DNA of 57,225 nt from Octopus bimaculoides (Eukaryota), in contig NC_068996.1 in NCBI RefSeq assembly GCF_001194135.2, positions 24,103,160 through 24,160,384 of the forward strand, in the 5' to 3' direction. Below are positions 47,423-57,225 of the stretch, piece after piece. Each line of letters starts with the position of its first letter. Position 1 is the first letter of the stretch. The notes under the pieces were generated by a model, which saw only the letters and a program-made list of their open reading frames with translations, was not told where the DNA came from and did no database searches. The position numbers and the translations under genes are program-made.

Positions 47423-48677
47423 AGGGATCTTTTCTGTTTGGCTGCACTTTTTTAAATTTTAAAATTAAGTGAAAATTTTAAAATTTTGGTGTATTGATGT
47501 GCTTTTTCATGCAGAGCCTAATTCACTTGTTCTAGAAAGAATTAAAAAAAAAAGTTACAGATGTTTAAGCTTCGATGATTTTTACCCAATCAGGGTTTGG
47601 AAGCTGCACGTGTTGTCAACATTGCAGCGATAGCATGTGTTTTAATATCAAACTCTTTTACTCTTTTACTTGTTTCAGTCATTAGACTGTGGCCATGCTG
47701 GGGGACCACCTTTACTCTTTTACTCTTTTCTTGTTTCAGTCATGTGACTGTGGCCATGCTGGAGCACTGCCTTTAGTCGAGCAAATCAACCCCAGGATTT
47801 ATTCTTTGTAAACCTAGTACATATTCTATCGGTTTCTTTTTTTGCCAAACTGCTAAGTTACGGGGACGTAAACACACCAGCATCGGTTGTCAAGCGATGT
47901 TGGTGGGGGGGAAACACAGATACACATACATATATATATATATATATACATATATACGACAGGCTTCTTTCAGTTTCCGTCTACCAAATCCACTCACAAG
48001 GCTTTGGTCGGCCCGAGGCTATAGTAGAAGACACTTGCCCAAGGTGCCACGCAGTGGGACTGAACCTGGAACCATGTGGTTCGTAAGCAAACTACTTACC
48101 ACACAGCCACTCCTATGCAGCCACTCCTACGCAGCCACTCCTACGCAGCCACTCCTGTAAACAAATGAAATGTTGGTAGAATTCTGCTTTACCTCTCATC
48201 ACCTCTTTGTCTTTTGGAATTAAAAAAAAAATTTTTGTGAATTTGTATTTTACACTTGGGAATTCATATGATTATGCAAAAAAACTGGAAAAAAAGTTTT
48301 GGTGTGTGATTTAAGGCCCATTTAGATGTTGTTTTTAGTACATGAGACAACCACCTCATACCTCATATTTTAAACATTTAATAAGTGAAAAATGACCGCA
48401 TGCTTGACAGTTCAGCAATAGAGGGGTAAGCAACTTGGTAATAACTTGGCTTGTTACTATGGAAACAGACATCTATATGTTTGCTGCTTTTGATTGGCTA
48501 AAATTATCCAAAATTTGCAAATTTTAAAAGCTATTAACTCTTTATTTATTGATTTATAGCAAAAATGAATTTCATGTCAATAATTACCATACAAAACTAC
48601 ATCAATGCACCAAATATGAAATCAATTGGAACAAAATTGAAGAAATTGAAAAGTCGTAGCCAAACAGAAAATATCCT
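47423..48677. mobile_element. Non-autonomous DNA transposon (Kolobok-like) nested in the R4 RT
   Basis: TIRs ggatcttttctgtttggctgcac / gtcgtagccaaacagaaaatatcc; the R4 reading frame resumes after it. Confidence 0.65.
47652..48158 (-). mobile_element. SINE family A with duplicated tail and a 14-bp x4 repeated 5' end
   Basis: Two tail copies (47655-47710 and 47711 onward); cagccactcctacg x4 at 48104-48158. Confidence 0.9.
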
Positions 48678-50891
48678 AAAAAAGATTTTTTAATACAAGG
48701 TGTAGTAAGATTATTTGTCAAAGATATAGATACGGAATTTGGCATAGTTAAGTGAGCAATATTCTCCATAAAAAAGAGACAGGAAGTCAGCAGTGAAAAC
48801 ATTCAGTTATCAGATGGCCTGATATTAAAATCATTGAAAGGAGAACGTTATAAGCATCTATAAGTATTAGAATCTGACAGAATACTAACTATAAAAATGA
48901 AAGAGAAAGTTGAGGAGTACATCAGAAGGGTATTGTTACTTTGATATTCAGCAGCTCTTGTAGATTGAACAAAATCTGTATTATCAAATCTGGACAGAAT
49001 AACTAGAAAAGGACAGGAGTAGCAAGGCTATATTTACCTAGAAAGGAAGGTGGTAGAAGTTTAATATCAGTAGAAGACTGTGTGGAGTTGTTAGAGTAGA
49101 TATAACTCCCTATGTAGGTAATAGTGAGGAAATTTCATTAAGAATTGCTAATATAACAGTAAAAGATAGGGAGACCAAAAAGCTAGATGTAGTTAAAAAC
49201 CAGAAAAAAAGAAGCAAGATATTCTGACTCACAAGAGAAGCCTTTGCTTGGTAGATTTCCGAAGATAATTTCAGAAAATAGTAATAGTGAGACATGGTTT
49301 TGGTTGCAGAAAGGAAAGCTAAAAAGGAAGACAGAAAGTTTGCTAGTAGTAGCACAAGATCAGGCACTGAGGACAAACTGAATAAAAGCCAAGATACAAA
49401 AATCAGGTAGATTCCCAATGTAGGTTATGTAAATCAAAGGAAGAAAGTGTTACTGATATAGTTAGGGAATGTAGTATGCTGGTATAGAAAGAATACAAGA
49501 AAAGACATGACAATCTAGGGAGAGCAATCCGCTGGGAAGTATGTAGAAAGCTAGGATCTGACCATACTGATAAGTGGTATATACATGAACCTAGTAAAGT
49601 ACTAGAAAGTGAGAAGTATAAGATGTTGTGGGACCTTAGCATTCAGACTGAAAAGAAGCTAGGAGGCCTGATTTGATAAGTAGTAGTAGATAATGAGAAT
49701 AGAAAGTGCCAGATAATTGACTTTACAGTCCCAAATGATGAGAAAGTCAATATGAGAGGTATAGAGAAATAGCAGTGTACCAGAACCTAGCCACTGAGTT
49801 ATGGAAAGTGCAGGTAAAATGTATCCCTAAAGTTATAGGTGTATTAGGAACTATCCCTAAAGATTTGAACAGATGGATAGATGAAATAAGCATAAAACTT
49901 AGTGTAGCTCCAGAAAACAGTATTATTAGGGACAGCTAGGATACTTAGGAAGGTTCTTGACATCTGAGATTACATGTTGTAGCCCAATGTTAGTAATTTT
50001 TTCCAACAGTCTAATCAGTTGTGCATAAATGAAATAATGATGATGATGGTAGTGGTAGTGTTGGTGGTGATGACTATGATGATGATAATGACAGTGATAA
50101 TGATGATCATTTCTAATTTAGACAGAAGACTCGCAATTTTAAGGAGTGGGGAGTTAATTGTAGCCTTTGTTCCCAGTACAAGACTGGTACTTTATTTTAT
50201 CAACCCTAGAGAAATGCGAGGCAAAGTTGACTTAAACAACATAGTCTTTTGTCTCTCTGAAATTGATAAAATAAAGTACAAGTGAAGTATTGAGGGTGGT
50301 GGTATTTACTTATAATAACCATAACAACAGCAACAAAACCAAACTTCAGAAAACCCCACTGAATACTGAATTACAAAAACTAAACTAGAACAATGCAAAC
50401 AAAAATCTAAATGAAGAGAAAATGTGAAAGATTTTAAGAATAGGAAATTCTAAAGTAGAAATCATAAGCATGACATTTTAAAGGTGGAAATAATTTAAGA
50501 ATTACAAACATTGAATCTTCTTAAAGAGTAACAAAGGTATCTCTTTCCAAGGTTAAGACTCAATGATAAACTAGCAATAACAATAAAAATAAAAAAAAAG
50601 AAGAAATGCAAACCAGGACATTGCAGACTTAATGAAAACGGATATGAGCATCTTTCTCGCCAGGTCAAATGAAATAGTATATGCATCAGCCATTGTAGTT
50701 AGAAAGTAAAAGTTAGTACTCTATCAGATTAGGTCTATACTGAAACAGTGGACAGCATAAGAAGCCCGAGTAAACAAAATGGGAAATTAAAATATACAGG
50801 AAAAGATAGAAAATAAGAGAAAAGGATTTTGTAATCACGAATGAGATCAATAAAGAAATCACACACACAAACTATCTACTGACAAATAGTA

Positions 50892-50980
<89 letters not shown>

Positions 50981-51317
50981 CTCTCAGCTCTTATTTGCAT
51001 CAAGTATAATTTGGTAGCTAGAAAACACTTTTTTTTTTTTGTTAAAGCAAAAATCTCCACCAGTGATATTTTGCTCTTTCAGGGGGAATATAGATCAAAG
51101 GTGCTGGTGCAGTCATACTTGTCAGATGACACAGAATATTCTAGGCTAAATTGGTGTAATGGATCTTGTTTTAACTTAGTCTCCCCCCCTCTCTCTCATG
51201 CTGTTTTGACTATTTCAACTGTGCAACTTTTACATTATTATATAAATCTCACATCATCCACCATTGTTTGTAGTAGGTTGCTGTCTTCATTTAACCTGGT
51301 CCAAGCTGCTTGTTTAC

Positions 51318-51458
51318 CTTCACCACAACCATATGACAGAGTTTTGGATTCTTCCATCAATAGTTCTACCATTTCAGCTTGATCTGGACACAACTTTAGA
51401 GATCCTAGTGTTCCTATATTCAAATTACATGTAGAACTCTGTGTAACTACCATTCCAA
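51318..51458 (-). CDS. Candidate internal exon (141 nt, phase 1-1), unidentified
   Basis: ctgat branch-like motif, ttcag| acceptor, GMVVTQSSTCNLNIGTLGSLKLCPDQAEMVELLMEESKTLSYGCGE, GAAG|GTAAAC donor; alternative donor at 51252. Confidence 0.3.
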
Positions 51459-52984
51459 CTGAACAGACTCAACATCAGGCATATTTTTGAGATGCAGGAT
51501 CCTTTCACTTAGAAGAATCTTAAAAATTGAAATAAGCAAGATGTGAAATTAAAAACAGTACCGGTAATAAGTGATCTGCTGAGTATGATATCAAACAGGA
51601 ACAAAAATATAAAAAAACAGTCATTCCACTATGCTACATGCAGATCAAAATATAACCTTGATTAGAAAACCTGTCACATTGGCTTAACAGCAAAGTACAG
51701 TAAAAGCAATAAACTTTACCATTTGATGGACTGTTCACTTTCTTAAATGTTGCTCATCATTGTTATGAATAGTATAAAACATTGAATTATTAAAATATTG
51801 ACAGTGCCCATCCAATTTGCCTTCACCTGATTGATAATGGCATTTAGATTCTGGGTAGGAGAATAGCTGATATAGCTGATTTTGACTGAAAGAACATGGG
51901 CACATACTTTTCTCTGGCAGTAAAACCACATGGCTGGGTCTAAATCCTAAGATGGTGTTCAGGTAACTCAATAACATTACAATTAGATTCCCATTACATC
52001 TTAAACAATCCAGACTAACATTTGACAAGTACCTCACTACTTTTCTTCTGTAGACATCTTCTCTTCAATACATTTAGCTATTTGGAAAATTATCTCCCAG
52101 ACCCCTTGATATCCTCACAACATACATCAATGAAGAAACCCAAGCAGTTTTTATAAAGTTCAGAAAAGCACAATGAAATAAGTTCCATCACAAAACAGAA
52201 TCAAGGTTTTCAAAGTCCAACCCCACTTCCTTGTAGTGACACCTGGACATGGATCAAGTAGAGGATAGCCTATTGGGGTGAAATATAGTGGGACTTTGTG
52301 TGCCCTGCGTCTCCTTTGGCAGCCAGGAAGGCTCAACAAGAACCATGAAATGAGATGGTTAACAGGGCTCTGGTGAATCAAGTCCTCAACCTTGGATCAG
52401 GCTGTGGAAGTTGTCTCTAAACCAATTCAATGGCTGTGAAGGCAGATGAAAGTTGCCATGAATCTGTCAACTCCAATCGTCTTGGTTCTCTATGCCATTG
52501 GACCCAGTTGAAAGATTTGTGAAAGATTGTATACTTCTTGGAGTGCAATGCTAAGTACACACTAAACAAATTCAACAGTAACACCATCATCAACTTAGAC
52601 ACTGTAGTATATATGTTCGACATAATAATTATAGGCACATCTAGAAAACATATCCCATAAGTCAACATAAAAATCACAACCCCAATTACACACCAGAAAT
52701 AGCCAAACCCCTTAAAAATCCAAAGACAACCTAAAGCACAATACACCAACACAATACATGAAATAAAATTAGATTTAACATGAAACAAATAAATGAGAAA
52801 ATAACAGAAAATAAATAAACCATGGAATAAAAAAAAATTGGCAAATAGTTTGTATTCAACAACAGTCATAGAACTAACAGCAAAACAGTATAGAATAATT
52901 AGCACCACCACTACCACCAACAACAATGGTCTTACCCTACCATATCAATATGGCAAACTCAATGTAAAACAGAGGAACTGCCGA

Positions 52985-53131
52985 CTAATATTTTTTCTTA
53001 TTGACTCCGAGAGGATAAAAGGCAAAGTTGATCCCAGTGGGATTTGAACTCACAATGTAAAGAGATGGAAGAAATACTGCTTAACATTTTGTCTGATGTG
53101 TTAATAATTCTGGCAGCTCTCCACCTTATTT
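52985..53131 (-). mobile_element. Decayed SINE family B
   Basis: gagaggataaaaggcaaagttgatcccagtgggatttgaactc...ggcagctctccacctta. Confidence 0.7.
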
Positions 53132-53469
53132 TCTTTGTACTAATATTAACATCAACTAATATCGACATGTTGTTAGCTCGTTGCAAGTTACAAAACAACA
53201 TACAGTCCACAATGTTGGATCTTAATCATAATATAATAAGTTAAACATGTTTTACATGTATGACAGAACTTTCAAATAACAGAATGCTAGCATAAAAGGT
53301 ATTACACTATTTGGATGCAAGGCACAAAACCAAGAGGGGAAAATTCAAAGAGTTTGGTGCTTCAGCATGGTTGCAGTCAAATGGCTAAAAAAGTTAAAGA
53401 ATAAAAGAATAAACAGTGATTTCTAAGCAAAAAAACAAAACAAAAAAACTTCGAATCAGTTGTTTAACA

Positions 53470-54590
53470 AAGGAATATCCACAGTATACAACAGTTTACT
53501 TAAATCCTTTGAGACAACCAAGATGATTGGAAAAGCTTTGAAGCCACATAATGGTGATGAAGCTTTCATTTCGAGTGTGGAGTATGTTGTCTTTTCAATT
53601 GTCATGAAGCAAGGCACACATTAACTAACCAAAGGTCATCTCTTACAACAACTTTTCAGTTTTTGGATAGTTTCAAAATAAAACCTGTTTACCCCTACAA
53701 ATTGATGAAACAACTTTTAATGATAATGAAGAACTTCTAATTATGTATGTTGTGTATTGGAATGATTATCAACTGAAAAGAAGAAATACATTTTTCACTT
53801 GAAGACAGACAATGGATATCATGACATGGAATAATTGTTAAAGAATTTGAGACTTATTTCAAAGGAAACAATATTTCACTTGGAAATATAATGGTTTATG
53901 CAACTGACAGTATTGCCTTTATGGTTGGTAAATACAGCAAGTTCATTTCTTATTAAAAAACAAATATGTTGTACCTAAAGCTTTTTGCATACACTGTACA
54001 GTCCACCATCAAAATTTAAAAGCAGAAAAATTGTGAGGACATCTGCCAACCACCCCTAGCCATTGTAATAAAAACTGCCAACATTATCAAATTAAATGCA
54101 TTTCAAGATTGTCTTTTTTTCTTGCAATGTTGGTGGCAAAAATGACAGTCTGAATGGCTACTGATGCAGACAGAGGTGTTAAGTTTATCAAAAGCTAATT
54201 GTCTTTGTAGCTTTGTGGCAGTTGGAGACAGTTTTGTCATTTCTGAAAAGTAAGCAGCGTGCTGAACAGTTTGTTGTTGCTGCTGTTATGGGTGATATAT
54301 TTTACCTGCCAGGTGTATTTGAAAAGTTTAATTTGTTAAAAAAACAAGGAGAAAATTGTAATCTTATATCTTGCAAACAGGCTATTATTGCTTTTCTGAA
54401 TTAATATATGATGTCATGAGTTGGTGCATTTTTCAATCATGGCTACCATTGAAACTGAACTGCAAAACGACAATCTTTTTTTTATTTGTTTGAGTATTTG
54501 AAATCTTTGTACAGTAGAATCAAAGATTGGTTCAGTGACTTACTAGATGAACATTCCAGATTCAGTAATGGATCCCATCATGGATAAATG
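53470..54590 (+). pseudogene. Buster-family hAT transposase remnant
   Basis: KALKPH, LQIDETT..NEELL, ATDS..MVGK, IHCTVHHQNL, DIFYL..FEKFN..QGEN.NLI, FSDLL. Confidence 0.8.
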
Positions 54591-54769
54591 TAGGAAATCT
54601 TCATTGGGTTACAAAGTTGCCATGATGATGCCATTGTCTCTTTCAACAATTGCCAAGTTATTATGTCTCTCTCTGTTACTTTTTATATCACCTGTGACGT
54701 CTCTCTTACATCCTTCCACTGCAAACATTATGATGACATTACTGAAATCCATGTTTTTAATATGAAATT

Positions 54770-55620
54770 AAAAAAACAAAATACTTCTACAAGAATATAG
54801 CCCAAACAGAGCCATTAAGTGGTAAAGAAAGTAAAGAACACAGGTTGTGGCTAACAGACAGAAAACCTAGAATGAGAAGCCAAAGTGCTAGTCATAGCTG
54901 TCCAGGAACAATAAATTAGGACAAATCAGATAAAAGCAAAGATTGATAAAACTCAGAAAGACAGCAAATGCAGAATCTCTGGGAAAAGTAATAAAAGTAG
55001 TAGCTATCTCTTGAGTGAATGAGTAAACTAGCTGAAAAAGAGTATATGTGTAGGCAAGACTGTATAGGTAAAAGAGTGCATTAGGATGGTAGCTGAGTAT
55101 GTGGCTTTAATGTAATAGAGAAGTAGTATAAAAACGAACCAAAGGATGTGATAGAGAATAAGAATTACTGAATTTATGGGACTTCCCCATAAAGACTGAC
55201 CATACAATTGAAACAAGAACAAATATGAATATAGATGATAAAATAAATAAATAAACAGTCTGAAATCATAGACTTTGCAATACCATATGATAATGGAGTA
55301 GATACCTTAGAAATTGAAAAAATATTAAGAAATATCAGGATTTAGCCTGTGAGACAATTATTTCCATGGTAACTGGTGTACTTGGCACAACACCCAAACT
55401 GCTAACAAAGAGACTGAAAAATATTGGAATTGTTGACTCGTGTTGCCAACCTGCAAAAATGTGTAATCCTGCATTCTACAAAAATCTTAAGAAAGATTCT
55501 TGAAATTTAAGGGAACTTGCTTTCTCGAAACAAGCATTTTGTTCTGTGCACAAACAATTCTTCCACATTACTATCTTAATAATAATAATAATAATAACAG
55601 TAATAATAATAATAATAGTA
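54770..55620 (+). mobile_element. R4/Dong 3' fragment with (TAA)n tail
   Basis: IKAKIDKTQKDSKCR, WDFPIKTD, IDFAIPYD, LQKCVIL.S.KILRKIL*. Confidence 0.8.
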
Positions 55621-55678
55621 ATCCTTTCTATTGTAGGCACAAGGCCTGAAATTTTGGGGAAAATAATAATAATAATAA

Positions 55679-56052
55679 TAAGAGCACTCAGAGAGTGCAA
55701 ACGTCCACCAGGGCAACACCAACATCCTCTCAACAATTAACCAGAAATGATTTTTAAAATGAGAATATCTGAAATAAACTCGATTGCTTTCACAAACAAG
55801 AATACTAAAAATAAACCCAGCTACTCTCAAAAGTTAAGTAAAAAAACACGAAAAATAATCCAGAATCCTTGTTCGGTACCGGATCAATCCCAAAATCTAA
55901 TCAGTTCATGCCAGTCACGAGGCTAAACATTCCTGAAAATTCCATCCGAATCCATCCAGCAGTTTTTTGAGATATCTTGTCCACGGACGGACAAACAAAC
56001 AAATAAACACGACTGTAAACAATACCTCCACCTTCGCTAAGGTGGAGGTAAT
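55679..56052. mobile_element. Helentron-associated HINE (DINE-1/pearl-like)
   Basis: 5' sub-terminal acgtccacc, (GGAC)(AAAC) microsatellite, 3' perfect hairpin ACCTCCACC-ttcgctaa-GGTGGAGGT (56024-56049). Confidence 0.75.
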
Positions 56053-56968
56053 AATCCTAACGATGTATGGAGCCCATCATCCACGTGAAGACACTGATCG
56101 CCTATACATGAAGAGAGCAAATGGAGGAAGAGGACTGATAAGAGTGGAAGACTGTGTACATATCAAACTTGAGAGCTTAATGAGATACCTAACCCAAAGT
56201 GAGGAAACCTTGCTAGTGACAGTTAGGAATGGGGGAGTATTGAAAGCAGAGAAAAAAGGAAAAACAAAGGAAGAGGTACAAAAATGACATGAAGAAGAAT
56301 TACGCAACACAATTAATTCTATGAAGCCACAACAAAAGTTGCTGGAAAATAAGTGGGATTGGCTGAAAAAAGGAACACTAAAAAAGAGACCAAGAGCACT
56401 ATACTAGCAGCACAAGACCAAACTTTGGCCACTAACTGGAGGGTCAACCGTTGGAATGAGTAAGTGTCGCCACAGCGGATGAAACCATTGCCCATATCAC
56501 AAACGAATGCCCTAGACTTGCCCAAAGTTACTACAAGTTGTGGTGACACAATCAAGTAGCGAAAGTGTTACATTGGAAACTGTGCATAAAGTGGGGGCTA
56601 GAGAGAGGCAAGACGTGGTATGAGCACAAACTGCAGAGAGTGGCAGAGTCGGAGACTAGCAAAATCCTCTGGGATTTCCCAATCCAAACAGATCAGGTGC
56701 TAGAAAATGAAGAAGGTGAAGATAGTGCCAATTATTGTTGGGTCTTTGGGGACTGTATCAGAAGGCATCAAGAGGAATATAAAGGAAATTGAAATAGAGT
56801 TCCCAGTAGAACTGTTACAAAACATGTGCTTCCTTGGCACACGCTAAATAATCAGGAAAGTATTAGATAGTTGAAAGGAACGAATAGCATGATGCTGTAG
56901 GCTGCTGGTAGCAAGCCTACTACGCATGCAAGGCTCCAGGAGTTCCAACAAAACCTGTCATAAAAAGA

Positions 56969-57040
<72 letters not shown>
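56050..57040 (+). mobile_element. R4/Dong 3' fragment with long (TAA)n tail
   Basis: ILTMYGAHHP..DTDRLYMKRANGGRGLIRVEDCV; WLKKGTLK; WDFPIQTD. Confidence 0.88.
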
Positions 57041-57139
57041 TAGTTGGACCCGTGAAGAATTCACTGATAATATAAAAAATGTAAGCATCTGTAAATTGTG
57101 TGTTGGTGCCATGAGAAGCGTTTCTATATCGTGACAGTT

Positions 57140-57225
57140 AAAGGTGGCGAGCTGACAGAATCGTTAGCACGCCGGGTGAATTGCTTAGCAGTATTTCGTC
57201 TGTCTTTACGTTCCAAGTTCAAATT
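57140..57225 (+). mobile_element. SINE family B head, cut by the window end
   Basis: aaggtggcgagctgacagaatcgttagcacgccggg...gttcaaatt. Confidence 0.9.

Larger units (their letters stand above)
44760..50045 (+). mobile_element. R4/Dong-clade (RLE) non-LTR retrotransposon, near full length, with nested insertions
   Basis: WTEGDYIEV; WKRRLENKV; NWKGPGPD; SNYRPITCL; WIDYKKA; DDLKLF (47391); RLYLPRKEGGR; CRLCK..HD; PDL..D RLE remnants; LLGTARILRKVL* then a TAA/TGA tail. Confidence 0.9.

Noticed and set aside
50300-52950. Possible LINE 5'/endonuclease remnants
   Set aside because: Too decayed to assign to a family by eye, so left unannotated.

Overview
AT-rich, microsatellite-dense eukaryotic draft scaffold with 13 N-gaps (about 4 kb). 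The SINE families look like those of Octopus (cephalopod); this is recalled from memory, not database-checked. The window is a nested transposon mosaic with no complete host gene. It contains many RTE LINE fragments (one with a PHD finger inside ORF2), a CR1/L2 3' end, three R4/Dong-type RLE retrotransposon copies at (TAA)n arrays, a near full-length decayed Penelope-like element (RT plus C-terminal GIY-YIG between direct pLTRs), mariner/maT, hAT (Buster, SPIN-like), piggyBac/Kolobok-like MITEs, a Helentron-type HINE and two abundant tRNA-SINE families. A few weak candidate host exons lie at about 21 kb, 30 kb and 51 kb. The main unexplained signal is a set of minimal type-I hammerhead ribozyme (HHR) motifs in several unrelated short repeats. 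These include a complete canonical HHR with a long stem II (16050-16146), an HHR with a compensatory G3-C8 core swap (19328-19374) 170 nt from a second HHR on the same strand, and a TSD-flanked tRNA-headed SINE ending in an HHR core (36174-36429). Together they suggest a community of ribozyme-bearing non-autonomous elements mobilised by Penelope-like elements. Folds were done by eye and activity is untested. Most boundaries of decayed elements are approximate.
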